A stretch of DNA of 64,000 bases from a virus (Duplodnaviria; Caudoviricetes): the IMG/VR virus record IMGVR_UViG_3300009164_000071, positions 1,290 through 65,289 of that record; one strand, 5' to 3'. How positions within the stretch are numbered: position 1 is the stretch's first letter; every line of letters begins with the position of its first letter. This document shows, piece after piece, positions 49,004 to 59,876 of the stretch. Below the pieces are notes generated by a model, which saw only the letters and a list, made by a program, of their open reading frames with translations, ran no database searches and was not told the DNA's origin. The position numbers and the translations under genes were made by a program.

Positions 49004-52000
49004 TTACAAATTCCTTGTGTATAAAAAAGTCACCGCTAAATTTGATCCAGCTAATGCAGTACCAACTGTTCCTACATTAACTCCAAAATAATCCCCTGTG
49101 GCGGCAGTTATAGGAACAGTATAAGCTGTAGAAGTTAACTGCATATTAGGTACAGTTAATGATGCAACTTGTATTCCATTCTTGGTTATTGAAAGAATGA
49201 TCCCTGATCCTATTGGTGCTATATTTACCCGTGCTACAATGTTGAAGATACTGATGTTGGTTGCCGCATACCAAAACATTGCGGCATTGGCTATACTTAA
49301 TTGACCTGGTATAGAATATTGTTTTTCAAATATTGTACCTGTGCTAGATGTAGCTGTACCACTGCCACCACTACCTGCACCCCCGTATACTGATCCAGCT
49401 CCAATAGCACTGCTGTTATCAAACCAAAAATTACTATTTCCGTCGTAGGTATAACGTAATAATACATCGTTGGTAGTATCATACCACCAATCACCTACTG
49501 TAGGATTTGTTGGTGCAGTGGGGCTAGACGTAGATCTAACACCGCCACCAACAATATTTCCACCTACATTTAAGTTTCCATTAATGCCTGCACCGCCAGT
49601 GACAAGTAATGCACCACTGTTAGTACCTGTTGACTGCGTAGGATTTGTAAACCGTGCTACTCCAGGAATCTCACCAAATCGTAGGCCGGCTCCAATAAAC
49701 ACATCGCCGCCGATACCAACACCGCCTCTAACTATCAATGCACCCGTTGTGGTAGACACCGATGTGGCGCTAGATGTAATATTCAACGTATTTGGTATTA
49801 GGCCGCCTGAGAACGTAGCTGAAGTATTAACCACACTGCCATTTGAATAAATGACGCCGGCAACATGCAGATCTCGACCAAATGAACCACCACCAACAAC
49901 GCTTAATGCACCTGTTGTGGTTGAAATAGCATTCGAAGAACTGGTTATAACTAAAGTATTAAATGTACCAGTGGTTGCGCTAAAGTCAATAATGCTGGCA
50001 CTGGCAGTTAGGTTAATTATTCCGCCAATATTAATGTTTCCGCCGAGCCAAATATCTCCGCCAAAAGACGCACCACCTGCAACAATTAAAGCGCCAGTGG
50101 TAGTGCTTGTGCTGTTTGTTGTGGTATTAATATACAATGGTGATGTTATTGTCCCGCCATTAAATCCGCCAACGCCACCCCCGCCTCCACCACTACCAGC
50201 ACCACCAGTAAATAATACACCGTTCTGATAGATGTTTCCGTTGAAATTAATGTCGCCGCCAACGTTAATGCCGCCATTGGGTACAGTTATAGCAGTTGAT
50301 GCCGAAGATAGCGCAACTAAATTAATAAATGTCCCAGTGCTACTACCAAATTTTTGACCGCCTACATATACTGTGCCGCCTACATACAAATCTTGAGCAA
50401 CACCAACTCCGCCCGATACAATTAATGCACCGCTGGTAGTACCTGTTGAATTTGTTGTGTTGCTTGTGCGTAGTGTGCTAGTTGTTATAACACCAAACCC
50501 GCCACCTGCAGAAAGATTTATATCTGCTGAACTTGATATAACAGCAGATCCTGTTCCAACATTTATCGTTCCGCCAACAGTTAAGTCTTTACCTACACCA
50601 ATACCGCCTACAACTGTCAATGCTCCTGTATTGGTGCTAGTGCTGGTTTCCGGTCCAGTTATTTTAATATTGTTAAATGTACCTGTACTAGCAGTAAAAT
50701 CAGTAAAACTACTGCTACCTATTAGATTAAGTGTTCCAGCAAGATTAATATTTCCGCCAACAAACAGATCTTTACCAAACGCGCCGCCACCTGGAATGAC
50801 CAATGCTCCTGTTGTAGAAGTAGTCGGTAATGAATTAAGTGTACTGGTTGACTTAATAAGTGTTATTGTTGCTGTGTTTGCACTAAGGCTAGTAAAAGTG
50901 ACAGCGTTAGTTTGGAAAAAAGTTCCTACAAGATTAAGATTCCCACCAACATACAAATCTCCACCAATACCTGTACCGCCGGTGACCTGCAAGGCACCCA
51001 TTGCATAGGTATTAGCTGATCCAGCTGAGCTGTTGGTTAACTGTACTATCTGATTAGTTGATCCCGCAAATGTTCCGGTTGGACCTTGAGGTCCTTGAGC
51101 GCCAGTATTACCTTGACTTCCTTGAGGTCCTTGTGGACCAGTTGCGCCAGTTGGTCCTTGAGGACCTGTTGCACCTAATGTTCCTTGTACTCCTGAAGCA
51201 CCACTTGGTCCAGTTGGTCCTGTGACTCCGGCCCCGCTAGGTCCTTGAGGTCCGGTGACTCCGACTCCGCTAGGTCCTTGAGGTCCGGCATCTCCTTGAC
51301 CTCCCTGCGGTCCTTGTGGTCCTTGGGCGCCTTGTGGTCCTTGAGCACCTGTGGCACCTGTGACACCAGATGGCCCTAAATTAGCATAGGCCGCAATAGT
51401 AGCTGTTGTAATAATAACAGATCCACCAATTGTAGAAGTTTGCTCAATATTAACAGACCCACCAAACCCTGCACCACCTGCAACAATCAATGCGCCTGTG
51501 GTAGTCGATGTTGACTCAGCATTGTTTGAAGTTTGAATAACATCATCAGTTTGTACCAATGTAGTAGTGACCGTGGTATATTGAATTGTTAACTTCTGAG
51601 CAACAATTTCTCCGCCGACGTACAAGTTTCCGCCAATACCAACCCCACCGGCAACTACTAACGCACCTGTGATTGTTGAACTTGACTCAGTGTTAGCCAC
51701 AACACTGACTTTTCCAGTGTTATCAATAGTAAGGCTAGATGTAGCACTTGCTCCTATTGTACCAATATCGAATGACGAACCATTAACAGTAAATGGTGCG
51801 TAGGCATTACCGGCACTGTTAAGACTGGTTATGTTATTGTTTCCAGCAGTACTTCCTACTGTGAATGCCCACTGGTCTCCTGCGCCAGAACCTTTCATCT
51901 GCAGGGCGTATTGATTTCCTGAACCTATTTCTGTTATAACCAGTGATGAGGCATTTAATGAGCCACCGGCATATAAGCTGCCGCCAATTCCTACTCCACC

Positions 52001-53323
52001 TGCAACTACCAAACTACCAGTCGATGTGCTGTTTGAATTTGTTGTATTGCTTAAACGTAGTGTACTAGTTGACAATATTCCATAGCCGCCACCTGCAGAA
52101 AAGTTTATATCTCCCGTACTTGCTAGTGTAGATACTCCTGGGCCTTGTGCTGAAATTGTACCGCCAACATTAAGGTCGCCGCCAACACCAACTCCGCCTA
52201 GTACAGTTAACGCACCACTGGTAGTTCCAGTTGATAGTGTAGCATTATTAATAAAAATTGTAGAAGTAGTTGTGCCTGTTATTGCACCAGATGGACCTGC
52301 TGGACCTGTAGTACCAATAGATCCCTGTGCGCCAACTCCAGTTGGTCCAGTAGGACCTGTATAACCTTGAGCACCTTGCGGTCCTGTGACACCCTGTGGT
52401 CCTTCATCGCCTTGAACTCCTTGTGGTCCCTGAGGTCCTGTGACACCCTGAGGTCCTGTGACGCCTTGTACTCCCTGTGGTCCTTGAGGTCCAGTGACGC
52501 CTTGTGGTCCGCTAGGACCCTGTGGTCCAGTGACTCCTTGAACTCCTTGAGGGCCTTGTGGTCCTTTGGGGCCGCTTGGTCCACTTGGACCTAAATAAGC
52601 AAATTGTGCAATTGTTGCTGTTGTTATTACAACAGCACCCGCAATAGTTGATGTTTGACCTACATTGATTGCGCCACCAATACCAACGCCGCCTGTGACT
52701 ACTAACGCACCTGCTGTTGTGCTAGTTGAAGATGTGGTATTTGTTATTGATACAGCATTATCAGTGGTTGCGCCTCTATTTGTTATACTCTGTAATGTAC
52801 TTGTATTCCAAATAGTTATTGCGCCTGTACTGGTGTTAACAGCAGTATCAGTTCCTGCAAATATAGTAGTTGTTTGATTTATTAAATCTTGTAAATATTG
52901 ACTAACTGTAGCAGTTGTTAATATTAAAGCACCGCCAACATATGACGATGTACCAACATACAATGCGCCACCAATGCCGACGCCTCCTGCAACTTTTAAT
53001 GCACCTGTAATTGTAGAAGTTGAGGAACCGGTACTGTTAACAAGTATTGTTTGAAACGTGCCGGTGGTTGCAGTAAAGTCAGTAAAACTAGTACTAGCAG
53101 TTAGATTTAGTGCTCCAACAAGGTTAATGTTTCCACCAACCCAAAGATCTCCGCCAATACCGGATCCGCCTTTGACAATTAAGGCGCCGGTAGCGGTCGA
53201 AGTGCTGGCATCGGCAGTATTAATTGATACACTGCCTGGTACAGTAAAGTTGCCGTTAGCATCGATGATCGCATTATCGCCAACGCTGAGGCCATTCTTT
53301 ACTTCAAAATTCTTGTTTGACAT
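49004..53323 (-). CDS. Long fibre protein with two collagen segments (1439 aa)
   Basis: Starts [12 protein letters not shown]; many STxTGAL.V.GG.GI repeats; two Gly-X-Y tracts; GDWWY module; C-terminal domain. Confidence 0.88.
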   Translation of the reverse strand: MSNKNFEVKNGLSVGDNAIIDANGNFTVPGSVSINTADASTSTATGALIVKGGSGIGGDLWVGGNINLVGALNLTASTSFTDFTATTGTFQTILVNSTGSSTSTITGALKVAGGVGIGGALYVGTSSYVGGALILTTATVSQYLQDLINQTTTIFAGTDTAVNTSTGAITIWNTSTLQSITNRGATTDNAVSITNTTSSTSTTAGALVVTGGVGIGGAINVGQTSTIAGAVVITTATIAQFAYLGPSGPSGPKGPQGPQGVQGVTGPQGPSGPQGVTGPQGPQGVQGVTGPQGVTGPQGPQGVQGDEGPQGVTGPQGAQGYTGPTGPTGVGAQGSIGTTGPAGPSGAITGTTTSTIFINNATLSTGTTSGALTVLGGVGVGGDLNVGGTISAQGPGVSTLASTGDINFSAGGGYGILSTSTLRLSNTTNSNSTSTGSLVVAGGVGIGGSLYAGGSLNASSLVITEIGSGNQYALQMKGSGAGDQWAFTVGSTAGNNNITSLNSAGNAYAPFTVNGSSFDIGTIGASATSSLTIDNTGKVSVVANTESSSTITGALVVAGGVGIGGNLYVGGEIVAQKLTIQYTTVTTTLVQTDDVIQTSNNAESTSTTTGALIVAGGAGFGGSVNIEQTSTIGGSVIITTATIAAYANLGPSGVTGATGAQGPQGAQGPQGPQGGQGDAGPQGPSGVGVTGPQGPSGAGVTGPTGPSGASGVQGTLGATGPQGPTGATGPQGPQGSQGNTGAQGPQGPTGTFAGSTNQIVQLTNSSAGSANTYAMGALQVTGGTGIGGDLYVGGNLNLVGTFFQTNAVTFTSLSANTATITLIKSTSTLNSLPTTSTTGALVIPGGGAFGKDLFVGGNINLAGTLNLIGSSSFTDFTASTGTFNNIKITGPETSTSTNTGALTVVGGIGVGKDLTVGGTINVGTGSAVISSSADINLSAGGGFGVITTSTLRTSNTTNSTGTTSGALIVSGGVGVAQDLYVGGTVYVGGQKFGSSTGTFINLVALSSASTAITVPNGGINVGGDINFNGNIYQNGVLFTGGAGSGGGGGGVGGFNGGTITSPLYINTTTNSTSTTTGALIVAGGASFGGDIWLGGNINIGGIINLTASASIIDFSATTGTFNTLVITSSSNAISTTTGALSVVGGGSFGRDLHVAGVIYSNGSVVNTSATFSGGLIPNTLNITSSATSVSTTTGALIVRGGVGIGGDVFIGAGLRFGEIPGVARFTNPTQSTGTNSGALLVTGGAGINGNLNVGGNIVGGGVRSTSSPTAPTNPTVGDWWYDTTNDVLLRYTYDGNSNFWFDNSSAIGAGSVYGGAGSGGSGTATSSTGTIFEKQYSIPGQLSIANAAMFWYAATNISIFNIVARVNIAPIGSGIILSITKNGIQVASLTVPNMQLTSTAYTVPITAATGDYFGVNVGTVGTALAGSNLAVTFLYTRNL
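52773..52855. repeat. 83-bp repeat shared between two fibre genes
   Basis: One mismatch to 54165-54247; a more diverged copy at about 53886-53968. Confidence 0.9.
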
Positions 53324-53392
53324 TGGTTCATTTTCCCCAAATTCTAACTATATTTAGCCCTTAGAGTAAAATGTTGGTAAACCGGTCTAGAA

Positions 53393-55897
53393 TTATATGT
53401 TGTTTAATAACGTTTTTACAAACAGCACTGTGGTAGTTCCTGTTGACTGCGGAGACATTGCTATTTGTACAGTGCCACTACTAACCACAGAAGTAAACGT
53501 ACCTACTGTAGTTCCCATTTTAATATCGCCAAACTGTATGCAATCACTGGTTATTCCGTTATGGATAACATTTAGCGTACATACATGGTAGCCTAGCGGG
53601 CTAGTCATTTGTATGGTATAGCTGGCACTGCGGAAACTTGCTGTTGAAAAACTATCTAAGATAATCTGCGAAGTTCCTGTTGTAGTATATACACCAGAAT
53701 CTGTTTGGTAGCTAGTCCCTGAAATTGTACCAGAGAACACACCGACAAAGTTTGTAGCATTTACAGTTCCACCAACACTCAATGATCCGCCAATGCCAAC
53801 ACCACCTGTGACCACTAACGCACCTGTTGTTGTGCTAGTTGAAGATGAAGTATTTGTTATTGATACAACATTATTAGTGGCTGAGCCTCTATTTGTTATA
53901 CTTTGTAATGTACTTGTATTCCAAACAGTTATTACGCCTGTACTAGTACTAATAGCAGTATCAGTACCTGCAAAGATACTTGTTTGATTAGAGTATTGGT
54001 TAATAGTAGCAGTGGTCAGTATCTGCTGATTACCTTGATATAAAGTGCCGCCTAGATATAAATCACCACCAATTCCAAGGCCGCCACCTATAGTTAATGC
54101 ACCTGTTGTTATGCTAGTTGAAGACGACGTGTTTGTTATCGATATGGCATTATTAGTAGAAGATCCTCTATTTGTTATACTCTGTAATGTACTTGTATTC
54201 CAAATAGTTATTGCGCCTGTGCTGGTGTTAACAGCAGTATCAGTTCCCGCAGATATAACTGTTGGAGTAAAACCTGTATATAGTCCAACAGTAGCGGTTG
54301 TTAGTATTTCTGCGCCACCAATAAATGACGTTTCCCCTAAATATAGTGCGCCACCGATGCCGACTCCACCGCGAACTTGTAAAGCACCTGTGTTGGTTGA
54401 TATAGAAGTTGCTGTATAGTTGATGGTCAAACTAGTAGAAGTAAACACTGCTCCTTGAGTTGACCAATACTGACCACCTGGTGCTATCTGAAGCTGATAA
54501 TTCTCACTATATATGGTATTGTTTGCGGCTCCGCCTACTATCCATACACGATCGCCAACAGTCCCGAAAGAAGCAACAGATCCGCTAACATCTGTTGCAA
54601 ATCTAACTTGTCCAGTTGAAGATATATTTGTAGCGGTTATTATGCCATCTACAAATACATTTCCACCAATGCCAACCCCACCAGCGACTTGTAGGGCACC
54701 CGAAGTGGCATTATGAACGCTTGCACTACTTGCTAACTTAATAGATCCAGTTTTAAATGTACCGTAGGTTGCGCTGGTAAATGTACCTGTGTTAGATTCA
54801 GCACCCGAATTATACCAATGTAGTTCTTTTGTAGTATTATCTAAAACTAGAGCCGCATTGGTATCAGTGCTAGCAGTATAGTAATGGAATCTAAATCCAA
54901 TATCTTTACCGTCATTGGATGTCCACTGGCTGTCTACTCCTCCGGGAGGTGCGTGAATTTCAATAAGATTATCAGTGTAAACAGTGTTTGTACTAAGAAC
55001 ATAGGTTGCTGTACCGTTAAATGTGACTACTCCACCTAATGTTAAATTACCTTTAAGTTCTAGATCAGTGCCATCAAATAGTAAATTATTTGTACTAGTT
55101 GCCAAGCCACCGCTGTTATATAATACTTGTCCGCTAGTTCCACCTACAGGTCCTGTAGGGCCAACAACCCCTTGTGGTCCTTCAATACCTTGAGGTCCTT
55201 GTGGTCCTTCAATACCTTGCGGTCCTTGAACGCCTTGTGGTCCTTCAATACCTTGCGGTCCTTGAGGTCCTTCCGGACCCATTTCGCCTTGAGGTCCTTG
55301 AGGTCCTTCAATGCCTTGTGGTCCTTGAGGTCCTTCCGGACCCATTTCGCCTTGAGGTCCTTGCACCCCTTGTGGTCCTTCAATGCCTTGAGGTCCTTGA
55401 GGTCCTTGCACCCCTTGTGGACCACTTGGTCCCAGATAAGCAAATTCTGCTATTGTTGCGGTGGTTATTATTTGTGATCCAGCAACAAAACTTATTTCAT
55501 TAACATATAGTGCGCCACCAATTCCCACGCCGCCGACAACAGTCAACGCACCCGTGTCAGTTGATGACGATACTGTAGCATTTGTAGTTTTGATTATGTC
55601 ATCAGTAGTGACCAATGTTGTTGTGACTGTAGTTAACTCAACGGTTAACTTTTGAGCAAAAATTTCCCCGCCAACATATAAATTTCCGCCAATTCCTGCC
55701 CCACCAGCAACAGTCAACGCACCAGAATTAGTTGAAGTAGAATTTGCAGTTCCTATAACATTAACTCGATTTGCAGTTAATGTATTAACACTGGTTAGGG
55801 CAACACGCACCCAAGCGGTCAGACTATCGGACCATCGATAGGATATATTATTAACTATTTCTATTTGTCCGTTAGCGGGCGATGAAGGAAACGACAT
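53393..55897 (-). CDS. Fibre protein with collagen segment (834 aa)
   Basis: MSFPSSP..W module, GPQ collagen tract, GAL.V.GG repeats, C-terminal FRSASY.IQ domain. Confidence 0.88.
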   Translation of the reverse strand: MSFPSSPANGQIEIVNNISYRWSDSLTAWVRVALTSVNTLTANRVNVIGTANSTSTNSGALTVAGGAGIGGNLYVGGEIFAQKLTVELTTVTTTLVTTDDIIKTTNATVSSSTDTGALTVVGGVGIGGALYVNEISFVAGSQIITTATIAEFAYLGPSGPQGVQGPQGPQGIEGPQGVQGPQGEMGPEGPQGPQGIEGPQGPQGEMGPEGPQGPQGIEGPQGVQGPQGIEGPQGPQGIEGPQGVVGPTGPVGGTSGQVLYNSGGLATSTNNLLFDGTDLELKGNLTLGGVVTFNGTATYVLSTNTVYTDNLIEIHAPPGGVDSQWTSNDGKDIGFRFHYYTASTDTNAALVLDNTTKELHWYNSGAESNTGTFTSATYGTFKTGSIKLASSASVHNATSGALQVAGGVGIGGNVFVDGIITATNISSTGQVRFATDVSGSVASFGTVGDRVWIVGGAANNTIYSENYQLQIAPGGQYWSTQGAVFTSTSLTINYTATSISTNTGALQVRGGVGIGGALYLGETSFIGGAEILTTATVGLYTGFTPTVISAGTDTAVNTSTGAITIWNTSTLQSITNRGSSTNNAISITNTSSSTSITTGALTIGGGLGIGGDLYLGGTLYQGNQQILTTATINQYSNQTSIFAGTDTAISTSTGVITVWNTSTLQSITNRGSATNNVVSITNTSSSTSTTTGALVVTGGVGIGGSLSVGGTVNATNFVGVFSGTISGTSYQTDSGVYTTTGTSQIILDSFSTASFRSASYTIQMTSPLGYHVCTLNVIHNGITSDCIQFGDIKMGTTVGTFTSVVSSGTVQIAMSPQSTGTTTVLFVKTLLNNI
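55145..55432 (-). repeat. Collagen-coding tandem repeat (9-bp-based units)
   Basis: Repeated GGACCTCAA/GGACCACAA/GGTATTGAA units encoding (GPQ/GIE/GEM/GPE)n. Confidence 0.9.
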
Positions 55898-55907
55898 TCT
55901 CTAATCC

Positions 55908-56297
55908 TTAAGTTAGTTCAACCCAATTGGTTGTTTCTTCATTCCACACATAAGGCTTACCGTCAGTGGGCATGGCAACAGGAGGATTCCATAAACAAGT
56001 TTCCTCGTCTAGTATCCATGATGTGTAGGGTTGGGGAGGAATAAATGCATCACGTTGCAAATCATAGGTATACCCAATTCCTGCATAATTTTTACGTAGC
56101 GCAACACCGCCATCTGGCTGGCCGTCTGGTCCAAGATGAACACCGCCTTGTGTGTTGTAGCTAGTCTTAATCCATGTACCACCAATTAGATTTCGACAAA
56201 ACATTGCTCCTACTTCTTCAGTAGGTTCTTCGTTATTGTGTACTACAATAACCCTTAGAACAATATTATTTTTATCAATTTCTGCGTAATGTGCCAT
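55908..56297 (-). CDS. Conserved phage protein, putative fibre assembly chaperone
   Basis: MAHYAEID..N.V.RVIV, W..TSYN, RKNYAGIG.TYD, DAFIPP.PY.SW; Trp-rich end. Chaperone role is inference. Confidence 0.65.
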   Translation of the reverse strand: MAHYAEIDKNNIVLRVIVVHNNEEPTEEVGAMFCRNLIGGTWIKTSYNTQGGVHLGPDGQPDGGVALRKNYAGIGYTYDLQRDAFIPPQPYTSWILDEETCLWNPPVAMPTDGKPYVWNEETTNWVELT

Positions 56298-56309
56298 TTT
56301 ATTCCTTGA

Positions 56310-56633
56310 TCATCTAAAATTATATATTGGCCCAGACATGTCTATCCAATTGGTGTTCTCACCGTCAAAAGTATATCTAAAGACAATATCAAGAGTAGGG
56401 TGATACCAGATATCACCGGGAGTTGCATTTTGTGGAGCAGTTGATGTTGTGGTAGTTCTAATACTACCGCCGACTACGGTGCCGCCTATATTAACATCGC
56501 CAACGATGCCAACGCCACCTGAAACTAGGAGTGCACCTGTGTCAGTGCTGGTTGAAACGGTATCGCCTAGAACCGTAGCTGTGGTTGAGACCACAAGGCC
56601 ATGTTTGACCCTAAAATCATTATTAACTGCCAT
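56310..56633 (-). CDS. Minimal fibre connector (107 aa)
   Basis: ATG at 56633 gives MAVNNDFRVKHGL; one GAL.V.GG repeat; GDIWY module. Confidence 0.75.
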   Translation of the reverse strand: MAVNNDFRVKHGLVVSTTATVLGDTVSTSTDTGALLVSGGVGIVGDVNIGGTVVGGSIRTTTTSTAPQNATPGDIWYHPTLDIVFRYTFDGENTNWIDMSGPIYNFR

Positions 56634-56692
56634 TAGCTTCCCTTTCCACAAAACGGCTCTAAATTGTATTATGAATATTTATCAATTGTACA

Positions 56693-56728
56693 AAAACAAA
56701 TGGAGCCTTTCGAGCTCCATTTAGTTTT
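56693..56728 (-). terminator. Rho-independent terminator
   Basis: Minus strand AAATGGAGC-TCGAAAG-GCTCCATTT-GTTTTT after the stop of 56751..59861. Confidence 0.75.
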
Positions 56729-56750
56729 AAGACTGCGTTAAAGTTTTAAA

Positions 56751-59700
56751 TTATGCAGTTATACCTAGTCGGACAACTTTAATTGTCATAGCAGTTGCAC
56801 TATTTGGTGTAAACGTTAGTGTCACAATACCAGCTCCAATAGAAGCATCAAATGTTCCAAGTGATCCGTTGTTTGTATTAATTCCGTACTCACTTAGGTA
56901 TACGCTGGTACCTATCCAGAACATGCTTATTTCTGTGACATAAACACTGCCGCTGTCTATAATCTGTATTAGATACTTAGATGTTCTATACTCTGACGAA
57001 TTGTAGGTATCTAGAGACACTTGTCCCGAACCGCTGATTGCCGCGCTTGTATAGCTAGCTAATACAATGTCATTGCTGTAAATTGCTGGAACTACTTGAG
57101 AACTTACAACAGTGCCAATAGTTAATGCGTTGGTAAATGTTCCTCGTCCAGTGACTTTGATGTCATTAAACTCAGCGACTCCCGTAGAGTCTATTTTATT
57201 AGCGTAGATTGTACCTGTAGACCGGATGTCAACAAATGTACCAGTACTACCACTAATTGTATCAATGCCGGTTAAACTTGCGCCTTTTACGTAGATAGTT
57301 CCTTCAACATACAAGTCAGCATTAATAGTTGTGTCAGAATCAACAAACAGAGTTCCACCAATATTAACGGCGCCGCCAATACCAGCACCGCCTACAACTG
57401 TTAAAGCACCACTTGTTGTGCCAGTACTGGAAGTTGCACTATTGGAAACAATATTACCAGCCACTGTCCAGTTGCCAACACCACTTAGACTTGCTACTTC
57501 AGTTTCGGCACCATACCATTTAAACTTAAACGAGTCGCCGTATTCCGGAATGCTGGACCACATTGTGGCAGCATTAATACCCATAGCGTAATCAACTGTA
57601 GCACCAGTTAGTGAAGGATACAATACAAGTTTAGTACCTTCACTGCGGGTAGTAAATGCCGGAGCACCTGTACCTACAGCGGCCCAATCAATTCTATTGC
57701 TTGTGGCGCCGTTTAAATATACTTGGCTTTGTCCGCTAACTGCGCTACCTGCCGCAGTTGAAATCAATGTGCCACCTATTGTAGCAGTTGTGCCAACATA
57801 CAAGTCTTTGGCAATTTTAGTTCCGCCGGATACTTTTAATGCACCGTCGTCAACGCCACCGTTTGTAGCGGCAGTACCCGAAACATTAACTTTTGTTGTT
57901 GCTGTAAAAACTTCAGTTGTAATGTTTTTAGCATATAGTTGACTACCAGCAACATCGAATGTAAAATCTGCATTGTCAGTTAGTCTAAGGCTGCTATTAG
58001 CAAATGTGACACGGCCGGCGACTAAGCTTCTTAATCTTGCAGTATTAGCTTCAATGTATGTGTTGCTACTTAATTCCACAGTTCCTGTATTACTAAATTT
58101 AAATGTATCAGCTCCAACAGTTAGTGTTATACCGGTAGCATCAGCTGTGACATAATTTGTATTGCTATAATTTAATTTAACACTAGTGTCACTCCATAGA
58201 CCAATACTTTTCCCTGAGGCAGATGCAACTGCATTGTCGGAACCGTAAGTTCCGGAGTTGTTGCCGCCAGCACGGACATCAACACCGTCAACATGGAAAA
58301 TAAGATTGTCGTAATTATACAACAAGTGGTTTGTTAGTGTACTTGTACTAGTATTGAGTTGATACGGAATGTAGTACTTTTCACCACCACGTATGTTGGG
58401 TGCATTATTAGCAGACGCTAATACCCACTCAAGTGTGCCGTTGCTAGCATTATAAGCTAAAACTTGGTCTTGTGCTGTAGGGGCTGCAATGAACGCTGTA
58501 GTGTTTACCGCTGATTGATATGCAATCCTAAGATTGGCGCCGCCTGCTAAGTTTGTAGAAGTATTTGCAAAAGCAATACGGCCTTCAACCTGACTTAATG
58601 ATGGGTTCCAGGCTAAACTACTATCAACTAACTTGTGATCTGCATCAGAAAATACAATACGGTTTTCGTGTAAAGTAGTGACTTTAACATCTGCACCTTG
58701 TACCGTAGTTGACGCCGTGACATTAGTTGCGGAGAATGTTGTGCCATCCCAAGTTAAACTTGCGCTGTCAACTAAATTATGACCAGCATCAGAAAATACT
58801 AAACGTGTATTAGATAACGATCTAACATGCATTGTTTGAGCACTAACATCAACGCCTGCATATAAACTTAGACCAATACCAGCTCCGCCTGCTACCTGTA
58901 GAGCACCTGAAGTTGTATTTGATGCATCTGTCGTACTAGTTAATTCAGATGAAAGAGATTTTGTTCCTGCATAGGCAGAGCCTGAAAAAGATGTTGTCCC
59001 TTCAGCACCGTTTGCATAGAATGAAAATACACCCGTATCTTGCGTTAACACAAGTGCCGCATTTTTATCAGCACCGCCATTGTAATAGTGGAAACGTAAT
59101 CCAATGTCCTTGCCGTCTGTACTTGACCATGTTGCACCTACTCCGCCAGGAGGGGTGTGCAGTTCAAGAATGTTATCAGTGTAAACTGTGTTTGTAGAAT
59201 ATACGTATGTTGCAGGACCGTTAAATATCACATCGTTATTAAAGACTGCTGGTCCATTAACTGTTAAATTTTGACCAATACCAACACCGCCAGCTACATA
59301 TAATGCGTTGGTAGCAGTAGTAGAAGTGCTAGATACCGAACTGTTAACAATTAAGTTATCGCCAACGTATACTCCACCTGTGACTTTTAATGCTCCTGAG
59401 CCACCACCTGCGCTGGCAGCGGTAGTATTGTTTGTTATCTGTGTAATTCCGGCTACGTCTAACGTAGAACCAAAATCTACAGCACCGCTAACTGATAACT
59501 TATTTGATCCTGTGACAATAATTGCACCAGTAAATGTATTCAGTGCGCCTTCAAAATTACTGTTCTGACCTACATTCAGTGTACTTAATAATTTTGTAGC
59601 ACCAGTTGCTGTAAATTTTCCACCAACGGTTGCATCTAAACTAATGTAGGCATTATTACTTGCTATTACATCACCTAACAGATTAGTTTTTCCGTAGATT

Positions 59701-59861
59701 GTTGCAGTTGATCCAACTAATATGTCTTTAGCAAAACCCGCCCCACCGTTGACCTGTAGTGTACCAACGTTGTTGGTGCTAGTGGTTATCGGGCTTGAAG
59801 TCCCTTGTACATTAAGACCTGATTTTACAATAAAGTCTTGAGTGATTGATGTTAGTGCCAT
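56751..59861 (-). CDS. Long fibre protein (1036 aa)
   Basis: Starts MALTSITQDFIVKSGL; GAL.V.GG repeats; C-terminal YRTSKYLIQ domain. Confidence 0.85.
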   Translation of the reverse strand: MALTSITQDFIVKSGLNVQGTSSPITTSTNNVGTLQVNGGAGFAKDILVGSTATIYGKTNLLGDVIASNNAYISLDATVGGKFTATGATKLLSTLNVGQNSNFEGALNTFTGAIIVTGSNKLSVSGAVDFGSTLDVAGITQITNNTTAASAGGGSGALKVTGGVYVGDNLIVNSSVSSTSTTATNALYVAGGVGIGQNLTVNGPAVFNNDVIFNGPATYVYSTNTVYTDNILELHTPPGGVGATWSSTDGKDIGLRFHYYNGGADKNAALVLTQDTGVFSFYANGAEGTTSFSGSAYAGTKSLSSELTSTTDASNTTSGALQVAGGAGIGLSLYAGVDVSAQTMHVRSLSNTRLVFSDAGHNLVDSASLTWDGTTFSATNVTASTTVQGADVKVTTLHENRIVFSDADHKLVDSSLAWNPSLSQVEGRIAFANTSTNLAGGANLRIAYQSAVNTTAFIAAPTAQDQVLAYNASNGTLEWVLASANNAPNIRGGEKYYIPYQLNTSTSTLTNHLLYNYDNLIFHVDGVDVRAGGNNSGTYGSDNAVASASGKSIGLWSDTSVKLNYSNTNYVTADATGITLTVGADTFKFSNTGTVELSSNTYIEANTARLRSLVAGRVTFANSSLRLTDNADFTFDVAGSQLYAKNITTEVFTATTKVNVSGTAATNGGVDDGALKVSGGTKIAKDLYVGTTATIGGTLISTAAGSAVSGQSQVYLNGATSNRIDWAAVGTGAPAFTTRSEGTKLVLYPSLTGATVDYAMGINAATMWSSIPEYGDSFKFKWYGAETEVASLSGVGNWTVAGNIVSNSATSSTGTTSGALTVVGGAGIGGAVNIGGTLFVDSDTTINADLYVEGTIYVKGASLTGIDTISGSTGTFVDIRSTGTIYANKIDSTGVAEFNDIKVTGRGTFTNALTIGTVVSSQVVPAIYSNDIVLASYTSAAISGSGQVSLDTYNSSEYRTSKYLIQIIDSGSVYVTEISMFWIGTSVYLSEYGINTNNGSLGTFDASIGAGIVTLTFTPNSATAMTIKVVRLGITA

Positions 59862-59876
59862 TTTGTTTTCCTAATT

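Noticed and set aside
43444-49006. Shufflon or invertible tail-fibre switch
   Set aside because: Repeats are direct, all copies are full-length and co-oriented with their own starts, and no recombinase is in the window.
51070-55432. CRISPR-like array
   Set aside because: Repeats are 9-bp-based Gly-X-Y coding units with no unique spacers.
34369-55897. Diversity-generating retroelement TR/VR pair
   Set aside because: No reverse transcriptase in the window; both copies of each repeat are in-frame coding and mismatches are not adenine-specific.
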